Below are positions 1 to 13,475 of a DNA stretch of 64,000 nt, in pieces. The notes under the pieces are model-generated. The model worked only from the letters and a program-made list of their open reading frames with translations, was not told the DNA's origin and ran no database searches. Every line of letters starts with the position of its first letter. The first letter of the stretch is position 1. The position numbers and the translations under genes were made by a program. Source of the stretch: Octopus sinensis (lineage: Eukaryota); assembly GCF_006345805.1 (NCBI RefSeq), contig NC_043003.1, positions 94,488,001-94,552,000 on the forward strand, read 5' to 3'.

Positions 1-10
1 AAATTTGAAT

Positions 11-48
<38 letters not shown>

Positions 49-486
49 TATATATAAATATATAATATACATATGTATACACATGTATTTATATGTGTGC
101 ATGTGTGCGTGCGTGTGCGTGTGTGTGCATGTGTACGTATGTATGTATGTATATCGTTGTTATATTTGCTTTGCAAGATTCTTGATGTGATTTTGTGCTT
201 TGAAAGAAATCTTATGTCTTAGGAGAGTCATTATACCAATAATAACACACGGTTTGGTTCAATATCACTTCTCTATATTAGTCAATCGATTAAATATCTA
301 ACCAACAAACTGATCGATGATTTGTCTAATTTGCTGATTAAATCATGAATCGGTTGTTTGTTAGTCAAAGTTCATACATCGCTAAGCGTGATCTCTTCAG
401 CGATTTCCACTCTCTCTTCAAGGTCTGCCCTGAGCCTGTCTGAGTATTAGTCTTATGCCTGTGTTATGTATGCCTTCGAAGTTACT

Positions 487-720
487 TATTTCTTTAATGC
501 CCACAAGGGGCTAAACAGCGAGGGGACAAACAAGGACAGACAAACGGATTAAGTCGATTACATCGACCCCAGTGCGTAACTGGTACTTAATTCATCGACC
601 CCGAAAGGAAGAAAGGCAAAGTCGACCTCGGCATAATTTGAACTCAGAACGTAAAGACCGACGAAATATCGCTAAGCATTTCACCCAGCGTGCTAACGTT
701 TGCTGCCAGTTCGCCACCTT
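487..720 (-). mobile_element. tRNA-derived SINE, family A (head GGCGAGCTGGCAGAAACGTTAGCACG, B box GAGTTCAAATTCC, body GCCTTTCATCCTTTCGGGGTCGATAAATTAAGTACCAG, tail ...CTTGTGGGTAGTAAAGAAATA)
   Basis: Reverse complement matches the many other family A copies in the window. Confidence 0.9.
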
Positions 721-1569
721 CGCAGTAACTGTCACCCTGTCATCATTCTTCTTGTAATAATATTGTGTGTGGGGGGGGTGTCTGCCTGTCTGTCTGTCTG
801 CCTTCTGCCTGCCTGTCTGTGTAACACAAACTCGTTCTTGTAAAACTTACCCGGAGCTGAAATCATATTACATGTATGCCTTTTTCTGACAATTGAAAAC
901 ATAGTTATAAACGAGAATTGTTTTGGATTTCTGCCTTTTTGACAAGACCCAAGGATGTCAAAGGAAGAAAGAGATAGAATGACACGGCGCTCATTCTTTT
1001 ACCCAAGTAATTATTGACGCCAATGAAATTAACTGGAATGGAACAGCGAAACGAAAGTCTGTTGTAATATTCAACCGCTCAGAAGTTGTCGTTTTTAGTT
1101 TTTTTTTTTCTTTTTTAACATTCATCGCAAGGTGCTTTCCACAGTGTGAAAAATATATTAACATTGGCAATGTCGCTATAATAATTTTACCATAATAAAT
1201 AGAAGAGTTTTGTCATTGAGAGCTGACAAGATTTTCAAAGTGAATTAAGATAAATGCCTGTTTGAAAAGGAAAAACTACGTGACATTTTATTAGTACATA
1301 AAAATGTAACTGACTTTTCATACGGGACTTGACTACTAATGAGATAGCGAAAAAAATTTTTTTTTTTTTATGAAACGAAGTTATTTAACGAATTGAACGA
1401 TGACAGATTTCTTAGATCGAAATAATGGAAAAACAAATGAAGGCCTACACAAACACACACACACGCAGAGATGCGTGCGCATGCGCACATACAGACACAA
1501 ATATATATTGTACATATATATATATATGCATATATTATTATCCATATATACATACATATACATATATAC

Positions 1570-1635
<66 letters not shown>

Positions 1636-2013
1636 ACATATGTACATATGTATATGTATATGTATACGTATATATATACATATCTATATACATGTATATA
1701 CTACATATATATGTACGTGTGTGTGTATGTGCGTGTATATACGTGTGTGTTTATGTGTGCATGTTTCTATAGATATGCCCGCATAAATTTATGTAATACA
1801 TATATATATATATGTGTGTGTGTGTGGTGTGTGTGTGTGTGTGTGGTGTGTGTGTGTAAATGTAATATGTGACAATTATTCTGTAGCCATGATAAAACTC
1901 CGAGTTTTACAGATAAATTCCTCTATTTACATAATATCGAGGTCTCATTCTTTCTTTTGTTGTCTTACTATTTATCAATATATAAATATATAATATATAT
2001 ATATTATATATAT

Positions 2014-2045
<32 letters not shown>

Positions 2046-2635
2046 GATATATATATATATATGCATATATTATTATCCATATATACATACATATACATAT
2101 ATACATGCATACATACATGCATATGAAGGGAAAATAAGCTAATAAATGTTTTTCGGGCTAGTTATCTTTTACTGTTGATCTTCATAACATGTGAGTTTTA
2201 TACTCTCGTGTGTGAATCAATGGTTAATTCGTATTCACAGCGTTCAATCTATATTTGTGTTGTGTTCGTCTGTGACCAACACACTTAACTCTCTAACTCA
2301 CCACTCTATATTTCTATCTATCTGAAAACAACAAACGATAGACGGATCAGAAGGAATAGTGAAGGGACAATCAAATTAATGTGTATTAGGTCTGCTTGCG
2401 ATACTGTGTACAATGCTTGGGAATCTGAAGTTTTCCGAGACTTAACATTAATTCAGTGTCCTCCTATCCTTACAAAACGTTCATATTGTTGGAGGTGGAT
2501 ATTCTGACACGCTGTACCCAGCGATCCCCAACCGTTTTTGAACCAAGGACTGATTTCATGTAACACAATTTTTCAACAGTCGTTGAACTTGCCAGATGGA
2601 TTCCAAAGCGTAATCAACTGAAGCTATTTCTTTTA

Positions 2636-2839
2636 GTCTTTCTTTTAATTGTTTCAGTCATTTGGCTGCGGTCATGCTGGAGTACCATCTTGATGAGTTT
2701 TAGCCGAACAAATCGACCTCAAAACTTATTTTTTAAGCTTAGTACTTTTTTTATCGGGTCTTTAGTTGAACCGGTTATCAAGCGATGATGGGAGGGCAAA
2801 CACAGACACAAATACACACACACAGGTGTAGATAGACAG

Positions 2840-2870
<31 letters not shown>

Positions 2871-2877
2871 GATAGAT

Positions 2878-2915
<38 letters not shown>

Positions 2916-2956
2916 GGATAGGTAGGTAGATAGATAGATAGATAGATGGATAGATG

Positions 2957-3037
<81 letters not shown>

Positions 3038-3084
3038 GCAGGCAGACAGGCAGGCAGACAGACAGACAGACAGACAGATAGATC

Positions 3085-3141
<57 letters not shown>

Positions 3142-3308
3142 CTACGACTGGTTTCTTTCATTTTCCGTCTACCAAATCCACTCACAAAGCTTTGGTCGGC
3201 CCAAGGTTATATAAGAAGATACTTTCCCTAGGCGCCACGCAGTGGGACTGAACCTGGAACTGTGCGAATGGGAAGCAAGATTCTTACCACGCAGTCACAC
3301 CTGTGCCT
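2636..3308 (-). mobile_element. tRNA-derived SINE, family B (head GGCGTGGCTGTGTGGTAAGAAGCTTGCTT, CORE-like ACCTTGGGCAAGTGTCTTCT, central microsatellite, tail GACTGAAACAAGTAAAAGAG); central (GATA/GACA)n expanded
   Basis: Both family B halves flank a ~310 bp GATA/GACA tract. Confidence 0.88.
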
Positions 3309-3386
3309 ATGTATGTTATCCAATCATCTCGTCTTTTGGCCTAAACCAATATCTGCTGCTAGTTGACTGGGCTTGAACATGTTGAC

Positions 3387-3568
3387 ATGTTAACAATCAG
3401 CTATAACATAATCCATTCGGCGTTTACAGGTAGCTGTAGCGAGTTCTTTCAAAACAAACTGTTGCACCTAACAGGTATCAGTCAACGTGATAGGCTAAAT
3501 AACTATTCCCGCTACCCTAGTAGAAGTGTATTAGACCAATGTCAGGTAACAATAAGGCAACAACCGTC
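3387..3568. repeat. 182 bp direct repeat, copy 1
   Basis: Matches 4439-4620 with 4 substitutions seen by eye. Confidence 0.95.
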
Positions 3569-4050
3569 TTGCGATTCTTTCCTGCGACATTCTAATCGTA
3601 GTACCGATTCTAAAATTAAATATTTTTCTTTCTAATTTTCGGCACAAGACTAGCAATTTTAAGGGGACTGCTCAACTGGTACTTATTTTATCAACCCCGA
3701 AATGATAAAAGGCAAAGTTGTGCTCGGCGGCATTTGAACTGTAATAAAAGCTGTTAGCCATTTTGTCCAACACGGGCAAAATAGAGATGTTCACTGTTGA
3801 AATTTCCTTGGCAGCAAAAAGAAAAAAATGCTTTCTTTACTTCTACTCTGAACTGGCCGAGGGTTAAACAACAAATACAACCGACCGTTGGTTTATTTTT
3901 CCTCGAAATTGCATTCTGATTAAAACCTCAATGAGGATAATTAAAATGATACTAATTTCTAATGATATTAATTAAGAAGTAATTTATAACTAGGTATTAA
4001 TTTTAAATCGAAAGCTGATGTGAGTTACGCTCATACGTATGGCGGAAGAA

Positions 4051-4380
4051 AGGCGGTGAGCTGGCAGGATCGTTAGCACGTCAGGCGAAATGCTTAGCAG
4101 ATTTTCATTCATCCTTACGTTCTAAGTTCAAATTCCTCCAAGGTATACTTAGCCTTTCATACTTTCCGGGTCGATAAATTAAGTACCAGTTACACACTGG
4201 GGTCTATGTAATCGACTTAATCCGTTTGTCTGTCCTTGTTTGTCCCCTCTGTGTGTAGCCCCTTGTGGGTAGTAAAGAAATAGGTATTTCATCTGTCTTA
4301 CATTCTTAGTTCAAATGCTGCTGATGTAATCGACTTACCCCCGCCCGAAATCGCTTGCCTTGTGCCAAAATTTTAAACCA
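4051..4380 (+). mobile_element. SINE family A, composite form
   Basis: Head, body and tail, then a restart at GTATTTC with a second, deleted body and an alternative tail. Confidence 0.8.
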
Positions 4381-4438
4381 ATATATATAGAGCGGAAGGA
4401 ACACAAAAATAACCCAGTTTTGTCATTTCCATATAATA

Positions 4439-4620
4439 ATGTTAACAATCAGCTATAACATAATCCATTCGGCGTTTACAGGTAGCTGTAGCGAGTTCTT
4501 TCAAAACAAACTGTTGTACCTAACAGGTATCAGTCAACGTGATAGGCTAAATAACTATTCCCGCTATCCTAGTAGAAGTATATTAGACCAATGTCAGGTA
4601 GCAATAAGGCAACAACCGTC
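4439..4620. repeat. 182 bp direct repeat, copy 2
   Basis: Matches 3387-3568, offset 1052 bp. Confidence 0.95.
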
Positions 4621-4792
4621 AAGTAGATACGTTTCCTCTGTTTTTGTTTGTTTGTTTATTTTTGTACCTCTGTTTACTGACACGCAAAGTGTTCATTGCA
4701 TGCATATACACACATAGACACATATATTTATGTGTATGCACGCATGTATGTATAATAAGCACACATACACATACACACACACATACATATAC

Positions 4793-5268
4793 AGGCGTGG
4801 TTGTGTGGTAAGAAGCTTGCTTCTCAATCAGATGGTTCGGAGTTCAGATCCACTGCGTGGCACCGGGTAAATGTCTTCTACTATAGTCTCGGGCCGACCA
4901 AATTCTTGTGAATAGATTTGGTAGACGGAAACTGAAAGAAGCCTGTCGTACAAATACATGTGTATGTATGTATGTATATATGTATGTATGTGTGTGTGTG
5001 TATATATGTATGTGTGTGTGTGTGTATATATGTATGTGTGTGTGTGTGTGTGTGTTTGTGTGCCTGTGTTTGTCTCCCTGTACCGCTTGACAACCGATGT
5101 TCATGAATTTATTTATATTCCCGAAATCTAGAGGTTCGGCAAAAGAAACCGATAGAATAAGTACCAGACTTAATAAAAATGATTCCTGGGGTCCATTCAC
5201 TCGACTAAAAATTCTACAAGACGGTGCACTAGCATGACCGCAGCCTAATGACTGAAAGACGTAAAAGA
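4793..5268 (+). mobile_element. SINE family B
   Basis: Head, CORE-like box, central TG/TA tract and tail all present. Confidence 0.9.
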
Positions 5269-5278
5269 TACACAAGCG

Positions 5279-5437
5279 CAGGAGTAGCTGTGTGGTAAGT
5301 ATCTTGCTTACTAACCACATGCATCCGGGTTCAGTCCCACTGCGTGGCCCCTTGGGCAGGTACCTTCTACTATAGCCTCGGGCCGACCAAAGCCTTCTGA
5401 GTGGATCTGGTAGACAGAAACTGAAAGAAGCCCGACG

Positions 5438-5512
<75 letters not shown>

Positions 5513-6075
5513 ATATAATTAGAGAAAAACACTATTATGTTATTCAAACAAGGATAGACATAAACCATATCATAAGGAAAAATAAAATATATTATAAAAT
5601 ATATAACTAGGTCACAAAAAGCACGAAAATGAATAAACAATATATAAGTAAAAAGACTACGTACGTTTCGTGGCTATAACTTCAATTCGAATTACAATTA
5701 AATTTAAATTTAATCGAAAACCAATTCAATTTAAAAGTATAGTCACTCCTCAGGTCAACAATAATAAGAATAATATTTAAATAAATAATCAAATAGAAAT
5801 TAACAATATTTCTTAAATAAATAAAAGCATGATTCTTCTTATATGTATGTATGTATATGTATATGTATTATGCATGTGTGTGTATATGTTTGTGTGTCTG
5901 TGTTTGTCCCACCAACATCGCTTGACAGCCGATGCTGGTGTGCTTACGTCTCCGTAACTTAGCAGAATAAGTAATAGGCGTACAAAGTATAAGACCTGGA
6001 TCCATTTGCTCGACAAAAGGCAGTGATTCAGCATGGCCGCAGTCAAATAACTGAAATAATTAAAAGAATAAAAGA
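5279..6075 (+). mobile_element. SINE family B split by an AT-rich hammerhead-bearing insert in its central microsatellite
   Basis: 5' half 5279-5440, 3' half 5880-6075, unrelated AT-rich sequence between. Confidence 0.8.
5655..5756 (-). ncRNA. Type I hammerhead-like motif with canonical core and very long stem II (Penelope pseudo-LTR-like relic)
   Basis: Minus strand reads gac-CUGAGGA-gugacuauacuu...aaguuauagccac-GAAAC-guac-GUA-guc; stems I, II and III all pair. Confidence 0.6.
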
Positions 6076-6174
6076 ATATGAACATATACATGTTAATGCA
6101 TATATTTACACATGTACATGCATGTATATAATTAATGCATGTGTCCACCGCTCGCGTGTGTGTATGTGTGTATG

Positions 6175-6215
<41 letters not shown>

Positions 6216-6254
6216 TAATATATATATATATATATATAATATATATATATATAT

Positions 6255-6760
6255 TGTTGTGACGATAGTCATGATACCGCCTGCGAGAATAGACTGACCG
6301 AACGACTATAATAGTGGTGGGTTGAGTGAGATGAGACAAAGCAGGTGTTATTTGCAGGAAGTCGTAAGGTGTCGTTTTGGTAGTTTATCGGAATATTGTT
6401 TTTTGGTTTGTATATAGTTCGTGGAGAGTTTGTTAGATTGTTACGTTGTTGTTACCCAGTTTCGTCATATGTTTATTGTTACTACACAGTTGTAATGTAA
6501 ACAAGTATTGGCGATACAAGAATAATTGGCGACAAGGATTCGAAGCTCATGCAGGTCAGTTGACAAACTTTTGTGACACAAAGTTGTTAATTACGGAAGA
6601 CTTATTAGGTTCTATAATTCAGTTGCAAAATTCAGTTACTACAGCAACAAGAAAAACAACAACGGTTAATGGCGCTATGTTTTGAGAAGTCCCGGAACAC
6701 TATAAGTTCGTTTTCACCAGACGTTCAAAAATCAAACCGATACTTAAAGTGCATTCGAAG
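6255..6760 (+). mobile_element. Gypsy-like LTR retrotransposon relic: LTR (~6255-6520), PBS-like TGGCGACAAGGA (6527-6538), decayed gag N-terminus
   Basis: TGTTGT start, TGGCGAC motif typical of Gypsy primer-binding sites, then a frame reading QLLQQQEKQQRLMALCFEKSRNTISSFSPDV that resembles invertebrate Gypsy gag starts. Confidence 0.5.
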
Positions 6761-6939
6761 AGTTCATCAGCTCCAGGACTTCAAATTTTTATGCTACTGG
6801 AATAAACAAACTTGTAACTCGTTGACAAAAATGTGTTGATTGTAATTGTACTTACTTTGGTGAATAAAACTTCGGCTTTGTTGAAATATATTGTGATGAA
6901 TTTCATATTCAAAACGTTGCTTACTTTTTACTCAGCCTG

Positions 6940-6977
<38 letters not shown>

Positions 6978-7029
6978 GTGTGTGTGTGTGTGTGCGTGCG
7001 TGTGTGTGTGTGTGGTGTGTGTGTGTGTG

Positions 7030-7250
7030 CGTACGTTTGTGTGTTTGCCCTCCACCACCACTTGCCAACTGGTGTTGGTGTGTTTATGTCTTTGTAACTT
7101 AGCGGTTCGGGAAAAGAGACCGATAGAATAAGTACCAGGCTTTAGAAAAATATACGTCCTGGGGTCGATTTGTTCGAATAAAATCCCTGAAAGGTGGTGC
7201 CCCAGCATGGCTGTAGTCAAATGACTGAAACAAGTGAAGGAAAAAAAAGA
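7030..7250 (+). mobile_element. SINE family B, 3' half after a (TG)n tract
   Basis: Matches family B tail half. Confidence 0.85.
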
Positions 7251-7399
7251 AAAAATGTAAAAGATGTATTTATTTACCTTATCGCTTTGGGACACTCATA
7301 ATGTGAACTGGAAGAGGTGGAAATGCATGATTGAAACTTTTCCCAAGCTTGAAATGATATGATCCATCCTCTTGAAGTAACAAATATGCTCATAATGTC

Positions 7400-7612
7400 T
7401 TTCTAATTTTGATACAAGTCCAGCAGTTTTTAGTTAAGTAGGAAGTAAATTACATCGACCTCAGTATTCAATTTGTATTATTTTATCGAACTCGTAAGGA
7501 TGACAGGCAAAGTCGACCTCGGCGGTATTTGAACTCAGAACATGAAGAGCAAGAAGAAATATCTCCAAGCATTTTGTCCAGCATACTAACGATCGTAACA
7601 GCTGGCCACCAC
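7400..7612 (-). mobile_element. SINE family A, older copy
   Basis: Reverse complement carries head, B box and body. Confidence 0.75.
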
Positions 7613-8465
7613 TTTCTTCGTTTTGGCAACTCCTGCGGCGATACTGACCCTTGTCCATCTTTTGGACAGCATCAGTGGCTTAAAAAAAAGGAAGACTTGT
7701 TGAATAACTACTGGTCTTCCATTCAGCTTTTCCCGGGGTAGTCACCCTGGGCAGGGTTTTACCAATGCCACTTCACTTCCCTTTTACTAAGACAGACTAA
7801 TGCAAGACTTCTCAGGTGTAGATCCGTGTCCTCACGAGACAGACGAATATCAATTCGTTTATCGAAGGAAATAAATGAATGCTTAAATTAATAAAGCCTA
7901 GAGTGTTTGTGCGTATGGTGGTGGCGAACACGGCGATAAATGCTAAAAGACGTCATTGAATTGCACTTGAAAGTTTATCGTGTGAAATGAGAAAAACGTA
8001 ATAAAATTAAAGACCGTGCAATGAACTACACCAGGTGAGAGAGTAAATTAGTGTCGTCTGTCTTAAAACAACACAGTACAGACTAGTTTGTGTATGTGTG
8101 TGTGCGTGATATGTGTGTGCGTGGTGTGTGTGTGTACGTGTGGTGTGTGTGTGTCGCACATACACCTGAATATGTTCACACAACGGGAATGGGCACTATA
8201 TTATTTCAACTGTTGTACATATTGCTGTTGCTGTTGTTTTTGTTACTGTTATTGTTATGGGGTTCATTATTTTTTTTCTGTTTTGTTAAAGAAAAGATTC
8301 GGGCAATTTATAACTATCGATTTCACCATACCGGAGAAATGTTGTTACATATCTTTATTTCATTTTTGTATTTATTAATTGTTCTTTTCAGCATTGTTTA
8401 TGTGTTTTCTTTGCTAAGGAAATTTATTCTCATTCTCCTTGATTAGTGATAGAAGCTTCAGCAAT

Positions 8466-8500
<35 letters not shown>

Positions 8501-8879
8501 GTCTCTAGGCAGGTGGAATTCAATTTGTCTTAGGAAGCAAGAAACCTTATAACTTGTAGTTCTCTTCGTCAACTGACAAACAGAAAAACATTTTTTTAAT
8601 TCTTAACTTAAGTTTTCTTCTGTTTTCTTTATTCTTAAAAATTTAGTTAGCTAACTTTTTCCGATTGGTTTAATAAGATGTTTTATTTTTCCTGTTCTTT
8701 TCTCTTTTTTATATTTAGTACATATCAGTTTTGTTAGTTTACATAACTTTTATTTTCTTCATATGGTTAACTTACGTATAAAAATAAGTAAAACATTAGC
8801 TATGTAACAGTTAACTTAAAATACAATTATTAAAAAATTGAGTCAATAAAACTATATAACTATTAAACTATATAAACAA

Positions 8880-9135
8880 GCCTAACAGTAAGGGCGTTGC
8901 ACTCCCGTTTGCAAGTTCGGAGCTTCGATTCCGGACCGAGTGATATTTTGTGTTCTTGAGCAAAACACTTCATTTCACGCCGCTCCGTTATCACTTCAAC
9001 TTTTGACGTGTGACGCACCGTGCACCTGTACAGGTAATCATTGATTTGACGAAAGGGATGAGCTAATGCACAGCACAAATATTTGATCACCATAAGCATA
9101 TCATTTGCGCAGGTTGTTCAGTAAGACATTGCGGA
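8880..9135 (+). mobile_element. Old tRNA/CORE-type SINE (TTGTGTTCTTGAGCAAAACACTT box)
   Basis: B-box-like GCTTCGATTCC then the same box seen at 52062 and 60052. Confidence 0.55.
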
Positions 9136-9394
9136 AGCCTCATCTGTCGAGTACGAGATAGGAGACTGCATCAATGGCTCGCAGCATAACGTCACATTCC
9201 ACACAAATGTATTGCAGTTAAACACTTTGTCACAGACCATTCTATCGTTGTATACAAAACAATGTATCGCAGTGTTCTTCTGCTGTCTATTTTATAGATA
9301 ACAAAATTAAATACAAATAATTATTTCTAACTTTGACACAAAGGACAATGATTAGTGAGTGGGAGTTATAGTCGACTTACTTGATGGTAGCAAG

Positions 9395-9525
9395 AGGCGG
9401 CGAGCTGGCAGAAACGTTAGCACGCCGGGCGAAATGCGTAGCCGTATTTCGTCTTCCGTTACGTGCTGTCCTTGTTTGTCCTCTCTGTGTTTAGCCCCTT
9501 GTGGGTAGTAAAGAAATAGGTATTA
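9395..9525 (+). mobile_element. SINE family A, internally deleted
   Basis: Head joined directly to tail. Confidence 0.8.
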
Positions 9526-9634
9526 GCTTCAATTCTAGAAACAGGAATTTTTATTGAATAGTCATAAGCTCGTTTACCGTCTGGAGTGGAAAAAATGTTT
9601 TTCTTTCTGGGTATTCAAAAGACAAAAGCCAACT

Positions 9635-9673
<39 letters not shown>

Positions 9674-10899
9674 CCTCTCTCTCTCTCTTTCTCCCTCTCT
9701 CTCTCTCTCTTACTCTCTCTCTCTCTCTCGTTCTAGTTTTTTTTCTCCCTTTTTGACTGTCATATGAAAAGGAAAGTATATAAGGCGGTAAGTAGCAGAA
9801 TCTTTAGCGCACTGGACAAGACACTGAAGCGGCATTTCCTCCAGCTTTCCGTCCAAGTTCAAATTCCGCCGAGATCGACAAGATACTTTGTGGAATTTCC
9901 TTCAGCCTTCCGTCCTAGTTCGAACTCCACCGAGGTCAATTTTGCCTATCATCCTTTCGTTGCCGATGAAATAACTACCAGTTAGTTGAGCCCTGGGACA
10001 GATGTAATCGACTATCTTCCCCCTCTTCCAAAATTCCAGGCCTTGTACCCATAGTAGAAAGAATATAAAATACAAAATCAGCTTCGTACAGGACTTGAAC
10101 TCAGAACATAAAGCAACATAAGTAATGATTATCTTATCTACCGCCATCAAAAGATTGAAATAATATAGAAAATATATAAATAAATCAATAAACAAAATTC
10201 TTTTAGATTATTCTTGGATCTTTACCAATAACTATTGTCACCTCCCACATGTACAGAGACAATTTCTTATAGATGTTGGATGCAATTCGATTCTGAATAG
10301 CCAAATGCTTTTTCGATTATGAAGGAGCCAGAATTAATGCTATAAACTGTATAAAAATATCATTGAAAACGGATTAAGATGTTCTACGTACGCAATTTCA
10401 TCCTATTTAATCTAAAGACAAGGCGCCACCTGAGGTTTAGGAATTCTTCAAGAACTTACCAATATAGGTCGACTGAAGTCGTAATTATTGATTTCAAGCA
10501 AAGTGTTTGCCAATGTTTGTGGATTTCGTCTGATTCTTATCGCCAGCTAAAAGTGTGGAACACTGTCCTCTTCTTCAGAAGCGTTAGTCACCACGTAAAT
10601 CCAGTTTATTGGATATTGGCCATATTTATTTTATTGACGCCAGAAATAAGGAAAGGAAAAGCGTAAGGAAGGAGAGGAACGACGATAAAGTTAGGAGAGG
10701 AAATAGTAAAAGACAGCATATGGAGAAGAAAGTACAGGGAGAAAGAGGGAACGGAAGAATCAATATGAAAGAAGGATCAAATGAAGGATTGATTATATCA
10801 AAGAGTTTGAGAAAGAAAAGACTGACACACGGACAGACAGGCTGAGAAGCAGACAGGCAGACAGGTAGGCAAACAGGTAGGTAGGCAGGCAAACAGGCA

Positions 10900-10910
10900 G
10901 ACAGACAGAC

Positions 10911-10995
<85 letters not shown>

Positions 10996-11066
10996 CAGAC
11001 AGGCAGACAGAGATAGATAGAGAGATAGATAAGTAGATAGATAGATAGACAGACAGACAGATAGGG

Positions 11067-11149
<83 letters not shown>

Positions 11150-11150
11150 C
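10900..11150. repeat. (GATA)n/(GACA)n microsatellite
   Basis: Direct reading. Confidence 0.95.
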
Positions 11151-12107
11151 AGAAACAAAGATCAATGAGAGAGACGGAGCTTAATGATGGTCAATTAAAT
11201 CGCTTGTTAACGAGGTAAAGAGGAAGCAGATACGCAATCTCCCCAACTTCAAGAAAGAGCACCCAAGTCTTCAGATCGCACCTTATCGTTTCAAAAAATA
11301 AGACGATATTTATGCGTCCAAAGTAATGTTATCCTGAATACATTATGCAGTAACAATAAAAGATGGGATGTTAACGAATTGATCGTATTTGGTCATAAAT
11401 TTATAGTGTCCAGGCTGTCACTAGTGTAACCGACTACAGTAACAGCAAATAACTTGTTCCGTTAAATGTTGTCTAACAGACATCAGATCTGATCAAGTAG
11501 AACTGATAATCAAAGACGTTTTAGTATTAACCTCCACCGTCTGTTTCTATATCTGAGACTATAGTTTCTAGTATCTCATTCCTCTGTGAGACTGTAGGCT
11601 GTGATTTGAGAGCGATTAGAAAAGTTATTTTCAACAAGCCAAGTGAACGCGAAGAAGTCCTCAAATTGACACGCTTGACTGTATTTCCATAATGTAGTTT
11701 ATAAATCATGACGATGGTTTAACAATATACATACAGCCAGATATAAAAATGTGACAAGATAAACTATGGTATATCTAGTTGGTTAAATCGGTGGATAATA
11801 GCTTAGCAACCGATAAATCATCTTCTTACCTCAAGTCTCCTACTTGGTTTGGCAGACAGATACTATCAACTAATAAACCCATGAAGAAATTAATCGGAAC
11901 TTGATTTTCAAACGACTATAGATGTAATTACCTGTCAATATCGATTAACACACACACATATCTATCTATCTATCTATGTATGTATGTATGTATGTATGTA
12001 TGTATGTATGTATGTATGTATGTATGTATGTATGTATGTATACATATATATATACATATATACATATATATATATATGTGTGTGTGTGTATGTGTGCGTG
12101 TGTGTGT

Positions 12108-12415
12108 GGAGGCGCAATGGCCCAGTGGTTAGGGCAGCGGACTCGCGGTTGTAGGATCGCGGTTTCGATTCCCAGACAGGGCGTTGTGAGTGTTTATTGA
12201 ACGAAAACACCTAAAGCTCCACAAGGATCCGGCAGGGGAGTAGTGGCGATCCCTACTGTACTCTTTCGCCACAGCTTTCTCTCACTCTTTCTTCTGTTGG
12301 TCTGCTCGCTTAGCCAGCGGGGTGGCGTCATTTGAAGGCTAAAACAATGCGAAGCGCATTGTGACCAGCGATGTGTAGCAACATCTGATAGCCTGGTCGG
12401 TCACGGTGATCACGG
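12108..12415 (+). mobile_element. tRNA-derived SINE, family C (GGAGGCGCAATGGCCCAGTGGTTAGGGCAGCGG...CCTGGTCGGTCACGG)
   Basis: A box TGGCCCAGTGGT, B box GGTTTCGATTCCC; near-identical to 26144 and 61537 copies. Confidence 0.9.
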
Positions 12416-13418
12416 TTATATATATATATATAAAAATACAATACGAGGCTTCCAAATAGGAAAGCGTTGTGCTAGAAAGAGCAGTAGAAATCTCAAAACC
12501 ACAAGAAAAAAGATAAATTCTCGAAAGGAATGAAAATTAAAAACGTTTACCATCTCAACTATTTCCCAGACCATGGTTTCTAACTATTTCAAGCAAAAAA
12601 ATATTCGCTGAAGGCCAGTTTTCATCAGTGGGATAGCCTTTAGATTTCAGACATACAGACAGCCAGATCCACACATAGAACTAACGGTTTGTATATCCTA
12701 ACTTTTCAAACCACTGCGCAGACGCAGATTATACCCGGCGACATAGAGGATGCCGGTAAAAATTTCGAACGTGTGTGTGTGTCGTGATTGTTGTACATAT
12801 TTTCATTAATTTTCTTGTCTGTTGACTCAACCGGTTTGCTGAGATAGTAGAAGTTTCTCACAATAACGTTTTCCTATTCCAACAGGAATTTAATTCAAGT
12901 GCATTCAAAACACCCAATCTTCAGCGACGGGTTTGTCGCTAATGAATACGGATGATTTTTAACTGTCTCAATGCCATGCATTTTCAGGAAGAGAGTTACC
13001 AGTTAGATCACCCGCACTAACTGATAATGGCATATTTTATCGATCCGTAGAAGGATTAAAGGTAAAATCGAGATGAGTGGAATTTGAACGCAGAATATAG
13101 CAAGACGGAAAGGAAACAAATACTGAAAAGTGTTTTGTTCGGTGTTTTACAGCCGTTGCCATTTTAAAGGCTTGTTATAATAGGTCCGCAGCAAGCAAGA
13201 AGAAAATAAGAATATATAAACGCCCCGAAAGTTGAGAAAAAAAAACTGGAGGGGGCTATGACTCTCAATAATTCAAGCGAAAATCCTCATTTACAACAAT
13301 TTTATATTAATAAATTAAGTTTAATTAAAGGAACTGAAACAGCTCTCATGATTTCTGTTATACACCCTCTATCTCTCTCTCTCTCTCTCTTTCACTTTCT
13401 CTCCCTCTCTTTTTTCTT

Positions 13419-13475
<57 letters not shown>

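Noticed and set aside
355-402. Minus-strand CUGAAGA followed by a weak hairpin
   Set aside because: Followed by UAUGAAC rather than GAAA, and no stem I or III; not counted as a hammerhead.
8029-8046. ATG AAC TAC ACC AG|GTGAGA possible first exon
   Set aside because: Only a donor-like site; no compatible downstream exon gives a credible protein.
11527-11709. 60 aa ORF in unique sequence
   Set aside because: Short, no recognisable motif, weak splice signals.
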